A stretch of 64,000 bases of DNA from a virus, in IMG/VR virus record IMGVR_UViG_3300027770_000032. One strand, 5' to 3'. Shown in pieces: positions 1 through 9,901 of the stretch; within the stretch, counting starts at the first letter, position 1, and each line of letters begins with the position of its first letter. The translations under genes and the position numbers were made by a program. The notes below the pieces were generated by a model that saw only the letters and a program-made list of their open reading frames with translations, made no database searches and was not told where the DNA came from.

Positions 1-1
1 A

Positions 2-1099
2 TCTCTTCGTACCAACAATGACGAGCTGATCAAAGCTAAGCAAGGCATGATCGATGAACTCGAAGATCGTGTATCAGAAACTGAAACTGCTATTCAAGTT
101 GTGTCTGATAACATCTTATCTCTGAGTGCACAGATCGAGGATCATGACAAGGTATCGAAGCGTAAGCTGAAGCTACGTCAGATGGAGACCGATCTCGAGA
201 CCAAGATTCGTAAGTTTAAGAAAGAGATCTCGTTCTTTCACGATCACGATAACTGCCCGACATGTCGTCAAGGTATCGACCATGATTTCAAAGAAGAATG
301 GATTAGTAATCGCACGAATAAGACAAGTGAGATTGAAACTGCCATGGTTGAGATCGAAAGACAGATGGAAAACATCGAGACTCGTCTGAACGAGATCGCT
401 GGTATCAATACACAGATCACGTCTCTCAATACACAGATCACTGGTCATAATGCTGACATTCGTTCGTGGCAGAATTCAATCAAGACTCTCAACGCAGAGA
501 TCGAATCGATTCGTAATAATACGCTTGCGATTGATACGAGCACTGATGATGTCGATGTTTTCAAGACTGAGTTAAAGAATACCAAAGCTCGCAAAGAAGA
601 ACTTACACATCATCGTTCGGTTCTGGAAGTAGCAGGTGTTTTGCTCAAAGATACAGGTATCAAGACGAAGATCATTAAGCAATACGTTCCTGTCATGAAT
701 AAATTGATCAATAAGTATCTCGCAGCCATGGACTTTTTTGTCCAGTTCGAATTGGACGAAAACTTTAATGAAACTATTAAGTCGCGTCACAGAGACGATT
801 TCAGCTATGCCTCTTTCTCAGAAGGAGAAAAGATGCGCATTGATCTTAGCCTTATGTTTACCTGGAGGGCTATTGCTAAGCTGCGCAATTCTGCTTCGAC
901 CAACCTTCTCCTCATGGATGAAGTCTTCGACTCGTCGCTCGACGTCGGGGGAACAGAAGAATTCATGAAGATCCTCGAAGGCTTGACACAAGATACGAAC
1001 ACTTTTGTGATCTCACATAAGGGCGATCAGCTCTATGATAAGTTCCATTCGGTGATTAAGTTTGAGAAGCATAAAAATTTCAGTAGGATTGCAGCATGA
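2..1099 (+). CDS. gp46: Recombination endonuclease ATPase subunit (Rad50/SbcC-like), 5'-truncated by window
   Basis: Frame open from base 2; CPTC zinc hook, coiled coil, FSEGEK signature, LLLMDEVFD Walker B, ISHK. Confidence 0.95.
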   Translation, partial: SLRTNNDELIKAKQGMIDELEDRVSETETAIQVVSDNILSLSAQIEDHDKVSKRKLKLRQMETDLETKIRKFKKEISFFHDHDNCPTCRQGIDHDFKEEWISNRTNKTSEIETAMVEIERQMENIETRLNEIAGINTQITSLNTQITGHNADIRSWQNSIKTLNAEIESIRNNTLAIDTSTDDVDVFKTELKNTKARKEELTHHRSVLEVAGVLLKDTGIKTKIIKQYVPVMNKLINKYLAAMDFFVQFELDENFNETIKSRHRDDFSYASFSEGEKMRIDLSLMFTWRAIAKLRNSASTNLLLMDEVFDSSLDVGGTEEFMKILEGLTQDTNTFVISHKGDQLYDKFHSVIKFEKHKNFSRIAA

Positions 1100-1232
1100 A
1101 CCAGTGGATTGAAGAGAAAGATGGCAAACAGTATTGGTGTCAATACTTTTCGAAAGATGAACTCATACTTCTGAAAAAGTATCATACAGCAATTAATAGA
1201 ATGACAAAACTAGATTATAGCAGGATTATCAA

Positions 1233-1793
1233 ATGATCAAAGACATCTTAATGCATACGGATCCGATCTTGAAAGAAGAGATGCCGAAGTTTGATTTCGA
1301 TAATCCTATAGTCAATGCTGTAGAACTCTACAACGATCTTGCTGAGACGATGATCGATGCTGAAGGCATGGGACTTTCGGCCAATCAGATTGGTATACGT
1401 ACTCGTATGTTTGTGATGCGATCAGAGAATGTCATCGGTGTGATCAATCCGAAGATTGTCGACGTATCTTCTGAGACGGTCGTCCTTGAAGAAGGCTGCT
1501 TGTCATATCCGAATCTTTTCGTCAAGATCAAGCGCCCGAAGTTTATTAAGGTTCGCTTCACACATCCTGATGGCACGACTGAGACGAAGAAGTTTGACGG
1601 TATTACTGCTCGTGTATTCCAGCATGAGCTCGATCACTTAAATGGAATTCAGCATACCAAGCGAGCGAATACATATCATATGGAACAAGCAAAAAAGCTA
1701 GCGGCGAAAATAAACCGAAAAAACGGTGTACTTAAACCGAAAAATGAGTTATCTTTAGAAGTACAACAAATGATGGATTGGTTAAAAGCATGA
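1233..1793 (+). CDS. def: Peptide deformylase
   Basis: GMGLSANQIG, EEGCLS and QHELDH motifs. Confidence 0.95.
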   Translation: MIKDILMHTDPILKEEMPKFDFDNPIVNAVELYNDLAETMIDAEGMGLSANQIGIRTRMFVMRSENVIGVINPKIVDVSSETVVLEEGCLSYPNLFVKIKRPKFIKVRFTHPDGTTETKKFDGITARVFQHELDHLNGIQHTKRANTYHMEQAKKLAAKINRKNGVLKPKNELSLEVQQMMDWLKA

Positions 1794-2197
1794 GTGAAGA
1801 TTGGGTAAGAGATATTTCTGGTATGCATCGGTATTACGGTGTCAATGAGAAGATTCAAGATTTTGATGCCGAGAAGCTGAAGCAGTTTCTTCGGTTTCGC
1901 ATGTCGTTCCTCGACGAAGAACTGACTGAAACAAAGAATGCGGTGAACGCCAATGACGCAGAAGAAATCGTCGATGGTCTAATCGACCTTTGCGTGGTGG
2001 CCATCGGTACATTGGATTCGATGGGTATTGATTCGTATGAGGCATGGAATCGTGTTCTACGCGCCAACCTTCAAAAACAAGTCGGAGTAAAGCCAGAACG
2101 ACCGAATCCTCTCGGTCTTCCAGATCTGATCAAACCTGCTGGTTGGAAGGCTCCATCCCATACTAATAATCATGGATTGCTAGCAAAGCTTAAGTAA
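1790..2197 (+). CDS. MazG-like all-alpha NTP pyrophosphohydrolase (possible dCTPase/dUTPase)
   Basis: LDEELTE...EEIVDGLIDL acidic helices, KPAGWKAP tail. Confidence 0.75.
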   Translation: MSEDWVRDISGMHRYYGVNEKIQDFDAEKLKQFLRFRMSFLDEELTETKNAVNANDAEEIVDGLIDLCVVAIGTLDSMGIDSYEAWNRVLRANLQKQVGVKPERPNPLGLPDLIKPAGWKAPSHTNNHGLLAKLK

Positions 2198-2700
2198 TGT
2201 GGATTATTGACAATTTTTTACCTGACTCTTTGTATCAAGATCTTAAATCCTTAATATTAGGAGATAACATCGAATGGAACTATTGTCCAGGTGCTACATA
2301 TAAAGATCAGCACGATGAATTCTATTTTGTGCATAGTGTGATAGCCGAGAATTATACATCACCTCACTTTAAAGATATTAAACCGATACTTTATTTCATG
2401 GATGATAAACTCGGTTTTGTCATTAATAAAATTATAAGAATTAACTGTACGCTTACTACCAATCAAGGTGTACGTAAGCGTACGGCTATGCATATTGATT
2501 TTGACGAACCCCATTACACAGGCATATACTATATCAACGATAACAATGGGCCTACTGTGGTAGAAGATACCGAGGTTGAATGTGTAGCCAATCGATTCTT
2601 ACTATTTGAAGGATCTAAGATGCATAGTGGTACCTTACAAGACGACTGTCATGCCAGAGTTAACATTGTTTTCAATATGCAAGGTTTTTTTCGAAAATAA
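2197..2700 (+). CDS. 2OG-Fe(II) oxygenase
   Basis: IIDNFL start, HID...H...R-x-N facial triad pattern. Confidence 0.75.
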   Translation: MWIIDNFLPDSLYQDLKSLILGDNIEWNYCPGATYKDQHDEFYFVHSVIAENYTSPHFKDIKPILYFMDDKLGFVINKIIRINCTLTTNQGVRKRTAMHIDFDEPHYTGIYYINDNNGPTVVEDTEVECVANRFLLFEGSKMHSGTLQDDCHARVNIVFNMQGFFRK

Positions 2701-2703
2701 ACA

Positions 2704-2732
2704 TGTACAATTAATCCAATTCTTGGTATAGT
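2704..2732 (+). promoter_or_regulatory. Early-type promoter TGTACA-N17-TATAGT
   Basis: Recurrent motif with AAAATAAACA upstream. Confidence 0.8.
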
Positions 2733-2759
2733 GGACCTATAATCAAGAAGGAAATGATA

Positions 2760-3047
2760 ATGACTAAGTTTGTGAAGAGCAATTTTGAATACCATGGCGG
2801 ATACCTCCATTACAATACCGCCGCCGGCGAACGTAAGTTTGTCGCCCGCTTTAAGCGTGGCCCAATTACCAAAGCCAAGTTTCAAGCCGCGCTGATCAAG
2901 TATTACGATGTAGATGCCTACTTCGCCCGTCTCGTTGGACCTTACAACGCATATGGTCATACTCCTTTTGGAATGATGATGTATGACGGCATTCTTTGCC
3001 GCCATTACAAAACTCACGAGCTCATCCTTGACGGAAAGGCACTCTAA
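2760..3047 (+). CDS. Early hypothetical protein, paralog of 35358..35660
   Basis: NFEYHGGYLHY...ERKFVARFK shared with second copy; follows TGTACA promoter and AAGGA SD. Confidence 0.8.
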   Translation: MTKFVKSNFEYHGGYLHYNTAAGERKFVARFKRGPITKAKFQAALIKYYDVDAYFARLVGPYNAYGHTPFGMMMYDGILCRHYKTHELILDGKAL

Positions 3048-3325
3048 TGGATAAGTATGACATCCTTCGCTCTCTTTTGAGTTTACCTCTTTTTAAGGCC
3101 CGTGACTTTGCTATAGCAATTCTTCGTGAAATCCCTGTACCTCCGATGACTAATAGCAGTATACCAGCTATGAGAAAGCGTGCTAGTGTGAATAAACTCA
3201 TTCGTGACATTGAAAATGCAAACTCACCGTTTTCTATTAGTCAGACTATGTGGAATCTTGATCAAGCCAAAGCGGGTTTGAATGTAGCAAACTCCGCGTG
3301 GGACAAACATTACAAAAGTATTTAA
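3047..3325 (+). CDS. Hypothetical protein
   Basis: Translationally coupled ORF (TAATG). Confidence 0.65.
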   Translation: MDKYDILRSLLSLPLFKARDFAIAILREIPVPPMTNSSIPAMRKRASVNKLIRDIENANSPFSISQTMWNLDQAKAGLNVANSAWDKHYKSI

Positions 3326-3333
3326 ATTAAATG

Positions 3334-3362
3334 TGTACATATTATGAAAGATGTGGTAGATT
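3334..3362 (+). promoter_or_regulatory. Early-type promoter TGTACA-N17-TAGATT
   Basis: Recurrent motif. Confidence 0.75.
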
Positions 3363-3368
3363 AAAATT

Positions 3369-3905
3369 ATGACTGAACTATTAGAAAAACTCAAAACCAT
3401 CTTTGCAACAACCGAGCCTGGCTTGGTAATCGACAAAGAATTCCTCGAACTCCGTGAAACTATGAAGTCACGCCTCAATCAAGGCACTCGAAACGACTTC
3501 AAGTTTACCAAAGACGTCGACTGTCTGATGCTCGAAGAATGGCTCATCAAGAAAAACATCGTTCTTGGTCCGCTGCCTGAGCACTGTGAAAAAAGCGGAG
3601 CATGCGTTTATGACGTTCGCGTCGACGATGCTTACATCGATTTCAAATGCATCGATGAGAACCTATACTATAACGTTTCTGAACAAAAGATGAATACACA
3701 CCCATGGGTAGAAGCTGGCATTAAAGCTGGACGCTTGACTCATTATTGTTTTTATCGGATGTATCGGCCTGAAGATCGACCACTCCAAGAAAATGATGTA
3801 GTGACATTCGAATTAATCAATGTACTTAATTCGCAATATGTAGTAGATTCATTAATGCCTTCCAAATTCGATGGCAAATTTTATAAGGTGCCTAAATATG
3901 TCTAA
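3369..3905 (+). CDS. Hypothetical protein, possible PD-(D/E)xK nuclease fold
   Basis: E...YD...IDFK pattern; own promoter. Confidence 0.45.
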   Translation: MTELLEKLKTIFATTEPGLVIDKEFLELRETMKSRLNQGTRNDFKFTKDVDCLMLEEWLIKKNIVLGPLPEHCEKSGACVYDVRVDDAYIDFKCIDENLYYNVSEQKMNTHPWVEAGIKAGRLTHYCFYRMYRPEDRPLQENDVVTFELINVLNSQYVVDSLMPSKFDGKFYKVPKYV

Positions 3906-4278
3906 AGAACGTGAATCAATTAAAGTCCTCCAAGAATGTGCTGAGATCCAGCTAAAGAAGTCGAAAGACTATCAGAACGAAGCATCACGCATTCGCCAAG
4001 CTGACTACTATCCTCGTGGTGTAGCTACCATCACCGATCTCATCTATGCCAAGACTCTGCGTATGCAATCTGTCATCGAAGCGATGGAAAAAGATCCTAC
4101 ATATACGCCTAACTTCGAATCCATTGTAGACTCTGCAATGGATCTGATTAACTATGCGTCGTTCGTCGTTGCTTATTCTCGTGGTAAGATGGACGGTCAA
4201 TCACCAGATCGTGACTTCCTCAATCGTCCTGTCAAGATAGTTGGCGCGGGCGTTGGAGGTAATCTTGCTGAAGGTTGA
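3898..4278 (+). CDS. Nucleotide-modification-associated all-alpha protein (Nmad1/DUF1599-like)
   Basis: KKSKDY...K.LR...ESIVDSAMDLINYA pattern; abuts gp42. Confidence 0.65.
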   Translation: MSKERESIKVLQECAEIQLKKSKDYQNEASRIRQADYYPRGVATITDLIYAKTLRMQSVIEAMEKDPTYTPNFESIVDSAMDLINYASFVVAYSRGKMDGQSPDRDFLNRPVKIVGAGVGGNLAEG

Positions 4279-4915
4279 AGATATTCGTAATCACTTCATT
4301 GATGAATTGATGGACAGTAACTTTGTCACTGATAAGACTGGTGTCAAAACCATCGAGATGATCGGTGCTACATTCGAAGCAGATGAACCAACCATTTTCG
4401 GTGATGTAAATGATGATTACATTCAACGTGAGCTTGAATGGTACGAGTCAATGTCATTGTATGTCGATGATATTCCTGGTGTTACTCCTGCTATCTGGCA
4501 GAAAGTTGCTGATCGTGGTGGCAAGATCAATTCCAATTATGGTTGGGCTATCTATCATAAAGATAACGGTTTGCAATATATGCGTGTCTTCAATCAATTA
4601 TTACATTTGCCAAATAGTCGTCGCGCAGTCATGATCTACACTCGACCTACTATGTGGGAAGATTACAAGCGTGATGGTATGAGCGACTTCATGTGTACTA
4701 ATACTGTACAGTATATGATTCGTAATGAGCAGCTTGTTGCAATCGTTCAGATGCGTTCGAATGATGTTGTCTTCGGTTATCGTAACGACTATGCATGGCA
4801 AAAGCATGTTGCTGATACTTTGACAGCAGACTTAGGATTAACAAAAGAACCAAAAATTATTTGGCATGTTGGTAGTCTTCATGTGTACGAAAGACATTTT
4901 GATAAGGTAAAGTAA
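4265..4915 (+). CDS. gp42: dCMP hydroxymethylase
   Basis: Matches T4 gp42 as recalled: DKTGVKTIE, YIQRELEWY, INSNYGW, DGMSDFMCTNTVQY, MRSNDVVFGYRNDYAWQ with cytosine-specifying Asp; TTG start after GGAGGT. Confidence 0.92.
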   Translation: MLKVEDIRNHFIDELMDSNFVTDKTGVKTIEMIGATFEADEPTIFGDVNDDYIQRELEWYESMSLYVDDIPGVTPAIWQKVADRGGKINSNYGWAIYHKDNGLQYMRVFNQLLHLPNSRRAVMIYTRPTMWEDYKRDGMSDFMCTNTVQYMIRNEQLVAIVQMRSNDVVFGYRNDYAWQKHVADTLTADLGLTKEPKIIWHVGSLHVYERHFDKVK

Positions 4916-5340
4916 TGAAAGACGTTTTATATTATTCAACTCAGAGTGGCCACGAGATCAGTGATGATGTCGTGGTCGTTGGTTTATGCCCTTCGAGTAA
5001 CGATGTCCGTTCGAGATCAGATACGTATTGGCGTCTCAAGAACTGGATGAACATCGTAGGTCAATATGCATACGACTTCTACAACGTGATTCCTGATATT
5101 GTCGACGCAGAGCCGAAGATGGCGAACGTCAATCTTGAGGATATAAATACTAAGCTAAGCAAGTTTAGAGATAAGAAGGTGATTGCTCTCGGCAACTTTC
5201 CTTCGAAGGTACTCGACAAGCTTGGCATAGATCACCTCAAGATCGGTCATCCTTCAATGCGTAATAGAAAGTGGAACGACTTTCATAACGTAACGATGAC
5301 TCTTGAAAATATGAAAGATTATCTGCGTGGAACTCACTGA
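4915..5340 (+). CDS. Uracil-DNA glycosylase superfamily protein
   Basis: VVVGLCPS, VIALG and HPSMRN motifs. Confidence 0.65.
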   Translation: MKDVLYYSTQSGHEISDDVVVVGLCPSSNDVRSRSDTYWRLKNWMNIVGQYAYDFYNVIPDIVDAEPKMANVNLEDINTKLSKFRDKKVIALGNFPSKVLDKLGIDHLKIGHPSMRNRKWNDFHNVTMTLENMKDYLRGTH

Positions 5341-6487
5341 ATATTATGACGAGTATATCCGATATTTCTATCTAGCAAAAGATCAGCAAGCCAAGTGTAA
5401 TCTTGGTTCTGTGCCATACCTCGAATCGAATATGAACGACGACCTCCTCGAGAACGTAGAGCTCTATGACGTCGTCGAACGTAAGTATGCGGGATTCTCA
5501 CAGATTGTCAATGACGTTTTCTATGGATGGACTCCGGAACATCCATACTGGGACAAGATGGAAAAAGGCCATCATACATACCAAAGGAAGACGATTGCCA
5601 CCGACTGGACTGGTAAGCACTCTGACTTTCAACTTGCCGAATGGTTGTATGTGTTCCTTCTCCATCGTGTGACTGGTTCTGGTATCAACTACTCTGTAAA
5701 ACCTTCGGGCTATTCGAACACCGTTCTTCCACATCTCTACAAGTTTAATACTATTGAAGAGATGACGCGATTCATCAACGTTTATCCATATCCATTCTAC
5801 ACGTCGGTAGGTTATCAGTTTCCTTCCTTTCCAAAGCCGAAACCTGGTTACAAGAGAGGTGGAGACTATTATCTTTCTGAGTATGCACCTCGTCTTTGCC
5901 GAGAAATGGCAGAGTGGCTCGAAGGCAATAACTCCAAGAAAGATCTTCGCGAAATCGGAGAATGGATGTTTGACTGGAATACTAAGAATGGACTTCGTGT
6001 TTATCGATTCCAATATGCTGCATTCGTAGCAGACATTGCCGATTGGTTTCCGCAGTATGTCAATCTTGAAAGCCCATTCTATTATGGTACGAATGCGGTA
6101 GAATGTATCTCATATCTTGCTAACAATACAGATAAGTTGCAAAAAGAAAAGTTCCTCGACAAGGTAATGGAAAAGATTTATGCAGATACAGGCGCGTTCC
6201 CTTACAATGCAGAAGATGTATGCTGCGACTTTATCCGATGGGTCGAGAACTATGTGAAACCGGGTGGAGCTTACAATCATCTCGATTTTGACTCACTGTG
6301 GTCGTCATGCAAAATTAAAGATCACCCGTATGGTCGACAAAAGGCAATGCTGGATCTAGGCCTCGTGAGAACTTTCAATGGTATGACAAACCATCCATCC
6401 GATGATACTGTTCTCAAGCAAGTTGGCATGAGTGTACAAGACTATAAGGCAAAAGTAAATGAACATGTTAACACAACTGCTCGGTGA
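5327..6487 (+). CDS. aGPT-Pplase / amino acid:DNA transferase-like protein (helical glycosylase-like fold)
   Basis: FQYAAFVAD...P...GTNAVECI...NAEDVCCDFIRW resembles the family C-terminal pattern; cluster context. Confidence 0.55.
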   Translation: MELTEYYDEYIRYFYLAKDQQAKCNLGSVPYLESNMNDDLLENVELYDVVERKYAGFSQIVNDVFYGWTPEHPYWDKMEKGHHTYQRKTIATDWTGKHSDFQLAEWLYVFLLHRVTGSGINYSVKPSGYSNTVLPHLYKFNTIEEMTRFINVYPYPFYTSVGYQFPSFPKPKPGYKRGGDYYLSEYAPRLCREMAEWLEGNNSKKDLREIGEWMFDWNTKNGLRVYRFQYAAFVADIADWFPQYVNLESPFYYGTNAVECISYLANNTDKLQKEKFLDKVMEKIYADTGAFPYNAEDVCCDFIRWVENYVKPGGAYNHLDFDSLWSSCKIKDHPYGRQKAMLDLGLVRTFNGMTNHPSDDTVLKQVGMSVQDYKAKVNEHVNTTAR

Positions 6488-7466
6488 GCATGAATTTGAT
6501 ATTGAATATCCGAATATTGCCGAAGTCGAGTATGACGACAAAGGAAAGCCGAAGCAATCATGGATGAAAGACTGGACTCAAGAGGAGAGGACTGAAAAGT
6601 TCTTTGAGTTTTGTCGTGAATATGATTTGCGTCGAGACTCTCTTCTTCGTGACAACTATCAACAGTTCAGTCATCGCATGCATTGGCATGAATGTCCTTT
6701 CGTTGATGAGATCAAGGAAGTCGAAGATTTTAAGACTGTACTCGAAGCATGCCTTATCTTCTCTTTTAGCAATGAACACTGGAAAACTTTTAAAGCATGG
6801 CAATCTGGAGGTCCGGAAGCTATGCGTACTCGTTTTATATCTGAACGTCATGCTCGCTCAGATCTTTTTCAAATCTATTATCCAAAAGATACGAGTGTAA
6901 AAGATTGGCTGTGTGAAGTTCCTACGGCATTTGCAGAGAAGCATGCTGAAAGCTTGTTTGAGAAACGCAATCGACCTTATACGATGATGGAGTTTGCTAA
7001 GAAGTTGAACACGATCTTCGTCGAGGAATTTGGTTTTCGTAATGCCATGTATCCTTGTAAGAACGCAGCTCGTCACGTGGCTATGAGTCATCCCGATTGG
7101 GTGGATCCTGATTCTTTCCTTCATGGCGGTACAGGTTATTTCGACGGACTCAGCCAAGTTTTTGATTGTCCGAATCTGATGAGTAAGAGTAAGTATGATA
7201 TTAACGAGTTCGGTGAGTATGTTGCTTTGAATGATGCGGCGAAGATGCAAGTCGAGCATATGGATTATCTGAAGGCACATCTATCAAATCCCATTCATAC
7301 GCATAACTATCTGAACCTCGAAGACAAGCTTTGTATGCATTATAAATATATGGCAGTCAAGCTTGGCGTGAAGTCGCAGACGATGCAAATCCCATATGAT
7401 TGGGTATATCCCATCGAATGGTCTCTCAAGACGAATAGATATGATAGGCTGACGAATGGCACATAA
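6459..7466 (+). CDS. Second aGPT-Pplase-like paralog
   Basis: FFEFCREY...D.LL, HPDWVDPDSFLHGGTG, NLEDKLCMHYKY parallel the preceding ORF. Confidence 0.5.
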   Translation: MNMLTQLLGEHEFDIEYPNIAEVEYDDKGKPKQSWMKDWTQEERTEKFFEFCREYDLRRDSLLRDNYQQFSHRMHWHECPFVDEIKEVEDFKTVLEACLIFSFSNEHWKTFKAWQSGGPEAMRTRFISERHARSDLFQIYYPKDTSVKDWLCEVPTAFAEKHAESLFEKRNRPYTMMEFAKKLNTIFVEEFGFRNAMYPCKNAARHVAMSHPDWVDPDSFLHGGTGYFDGLSQVFDCPNLMSKSKYDINEFGEYVALNDAAKMQVEHMDYLKAHLSNPIHTHNYLNLEDKLCMHYKYMAVKLGVKSQTMQIPYDWVYPIEWSLKTNRYDRLTNGT

Positions 7467-8358
7467 TAAACATGTCACCGATGGCGTGAACAAAGACGTA
7501 GGCATTTACGGTTGGGAAAAAGCCAGAGAATATTATCTGAGTCTTGCCGAATCATGGACCGATCCTTATCCAGATCCAGTCGTCACAATTCATGACGGTG
7601 TACGATGTGTACGAGACGATCTCATCACTGGAACGAAAGTTCGTGGTGGTGATTGTCTTATTTCAAGAATGAATCAATCGACTATTGTATATGTTCAACC
7701 TCGCACTGGTCTTGCAGGTGTTTCTCTTCTTGATGTGGCCAAGCGTCATAATAAGAAAGTAAAGTTGTTCATGCCTTCTTCACAAACAATCTCTCATCAT
7801 CAGGCATGCTGTATTGAACAAGGAGCAGATGTCGAGTTTCATCGTATTGCTGCAATGCCAAATCTAAACAAGATCGCCAAAGATTGGGCAGATTCTCAAG
7901 AAGATGCCTTCTTCGTTCCTCTTGGTTTAAAGCATGAACTCGTCACCGCTGGTATTGTGAAGGCTGCATCAAAGATCGAAGCGCCTGATGAAGTCTATGT
8001 CGCCATCTCAACAGGTGTACTCTCACGTGCAATGCAGATCGCGTGGCCAAATGCCAAATTCCACTCAGTTGCAGTGTCTCGTAATCTGAAAGCTGGTGAA
8101 CTTGGCCGTGCTGATGTCATCTCTGAACCGATGCCATTTCAACAAAGCGAGAAGGCAGAGAATCTTCCACCGTTTCCATCGATTGATACTTATGATGGAA
8201 AAGTATGGAAATACATTCCAAAAAATACTGGTAGGAACATCTTATTTTGGAATGTCGGTAAACAACCAGTATTGAATGATCCTACAATCTATGATCGCGT
8301 AAATAGTTACCGCGATTGGCAAAAAAATGATGTACAATATAGGCAACTTGATATATAA
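7456..8358 (+). CDS. PLP-dependent enzyme (fold type II) of DNA-hypermodification clusters
   Basis: VRDDLITGTKVR (PLP Lys), VAISTGVL phosphate loop, YDGK, LFWNVG. Confidence 0.8.
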   Translation: MAHNKHVTDGVNKDVGIYGWEKAREYYLSLAESWTDPYPDPVVTIHDGVRCVRDDLITGTKVRGGDCLISRMNQSTIVYVQPRTGLAGVSLLDVAKRHNKKVKLFMPSSQTISHHQACCIEQGADVEFHRIAAMPNLNKIAKDWADSQEDAFFVPLGLKHELVTAGIVKAASKIEAPDEVYVAISTGVLSRAMQIAWPNAKFHSVAVSRNLKAGELGRADVISEPMPFQQSEKAENLPPFPSIDTYDGKVWKYIPKNTGRNILFWNVGKQPVLNDPTIYDRVNSYRDWQKNDVQYRQLDI

Positions 8359-8359
8359 G
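8331..8359 (+). promoter_or_regulatory. Early-type promoter TGTACA-N17-TATAAG
   Basis: Recurrent motif at gene boundary. Confidence 0.6.
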
Positions 8360-8366
8360 GGATAAT

Positions 8367-9434
8367 ATGAACATATTACTCACATCCCCATTCACTCCTG
8401 TTTCTTCCAACATTCACTCGCATCGGGCCGCTCAGGCTGCCATCTATGCTGAACAGTTGAGTAGTTTAGGTAACGTCCATCTCGATCGTACTGGTAACAT
8501 TCATCAGGATACGGTATGGATAGATGCTACTGGTAACATTCATTCTGATCCGCCACAAGTTGATAGAGTCTATGTCTATCATGGCAATGATTGGTTTGGC
8601 TCACTAAACCTTTTCGGTGGCATGAAAAATTATAGTAATATCGATAAGTTGATTCTCTACTCGAATCTAAAGGCTCCTGTCTATTCTTTATGGATCGATC
8701 ATCCGAAGTACAGTGAGATGTTAAAGCCCCGACTCGATGGTGATATCCATCCTTTCTGGCATCTTGTTGATTGGGAAAATCTAAAGAAGATCGAAGACAC
8801 TGCCATTACAGTTCGTGAAATTGAAACTACGAATCGTGCAGTGGCCGGTGATAGCCATGCTATTTGCATGTATCGTCCAGGTTGGTTTGTCAATTCGGTT
8901 CCCTTCAAGACTCTCCACGGTGCACTCAAGGAAGGTCTACAAACTTTTATCGAGCCTCATCATGAGATCGCAGAGTTCTACTTCGGTAACATCGACGTAC
9001 GTCACCATCTTTGCCGTCAACCTGATCCTGAACAAGCAACACGAGATTTGGCGAATAGATACTATGAACAGCTCTCTCGACTAGATCTTGCAAAAGTTTC
9101 TGCATATGAGTTGCTTCCTATCGAGCATGAATCGCGAGTCCTTCCAAAGACTGGATACTATAAAGGAACTCCATTCTATGGTTCATGGGAAGATCGCAAT
9201 AGATGTCGTCTTATCTTTAAGGATGAGATGAGAAAGCTTTGTGCTCAAGGTAGTGTCAACCTCATTGAATGGGTTGATCCGCTTCTCAATGACAGAGGTG
9301 AGCTCGACTTTGAATGCATGGAAAAACCAAAGTCGGTCCATCTCTCGCGCAATTCATATCCGCATTGGCAAGGCCGCAAGTGGTCTGGCCTATCTGAAAA
9401 CAAACCCGCAACTCTAGAGGATTTCTTTGCATGA
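8367..9434 (+). CDS. Protein with SGNH hydrolase/acyltransferase-like C-terminal domain
   Basis: GDSH, FGNID and SVHL blocks. Confidence 0.55.
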   Translation: MNILLTSPFTPVSSNIHSHRAAQAAIYAEQLSSLGNVHLDRTGNIHQDTVWIDATGNIHSDPPQVDRVYVYHGNDWFGSLNLFGGMKNYSNIDKLILYSNLKAPVYSLWIDHPKYSEMLKPRLDGDIHPFWHLVDWENLKKIEDTAITVREIETTNRAVAGDSHAICMYRPGWFVNSVPFKTLHGALKEGLQTFIEPHHEIAEFYFGNIDVRHHLCRQPDPEQATRDLANRYYEQLSRLDLAKVSAYELLPIEHESRVLPKTGYYKGTPFYGSWEDRNRCRLIFKDEMRKLCAQGSVNLIEWVDPLLNDRGELDFECMEKPKSVHLSRNSYPHWQGRKWSGLSENKPATLEDFFA

Positions 9435-9451
9435 AAACTAGTAAGTATATA

Positions 9452-9892
9452 ATGAACGAACATGATGATAATACCGTATCCATCACTAAGAAAGGTCCAA
9501 CAGGTGGACCACAGTTTGAAAGTATGGCAGGATTAAATGGTCCTCCAGGTATATACGTCGAGAATCCTTCGGGCACACACATAAATTTTATTCCAGGAAT
9601 TACGGCGAAGCATCTCAGTGTGTATAAATACAATGAAGGCGAATCACTCAAAGAAATTCAGTCTTACATCGATGCTACTTACGAGCAGCATTATTCCCGA
9701 AATAAATATCAAGCAACAGAATTCATCATTGACGCCGGTCATGGTACTGGTTTTAATATCGGGAATATGATGAAGTACACTCAACGATACGGTCGTAAGG
9801 GTGATCCCGCCGAATGGCGAAAGGACCTGATGAAGGTTATCCACTACGCAATTATGCAACTCCACGTTCATGATACTGAAAATAAAGATTAA
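9452..9892 (+). CDS. DUF3310-like nucleotide kinase/pyrophosphatase family protein
   Basis: TYEQHY...GFNIGNMMKYTQRYGRK...DLMKVIHYA. Confidence 0.7.
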   Translation: MNEHDDNTVSITKKGPTGGPQFESMAGLNGPPGIYVENPSGTHINFIPGITAKHLSVYKYNEGESLKEIQSYIDATYEQHYSRNKYQATEFIIDAGHGTGFNIGNMMKYTQRYGRKGDPAEWRKDLMKVIHYAIMQLHVHDTENKD

Positions 9893-9901
9893 GGATTAAT
9901 T

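Noticed and set aside
4265-4915. Ordinary thymidylate synthase (td)
   Set aside because: Motifs follow T4 gp42 including the cytosine-specifying Asp, and ThyX is present elsewhere
9623-9630. TATAAATA inside the DUF3310-like ORF
   Set aside because: Intragenic and about 270 nt from the next gene start; may be chance in AT-rich DNA
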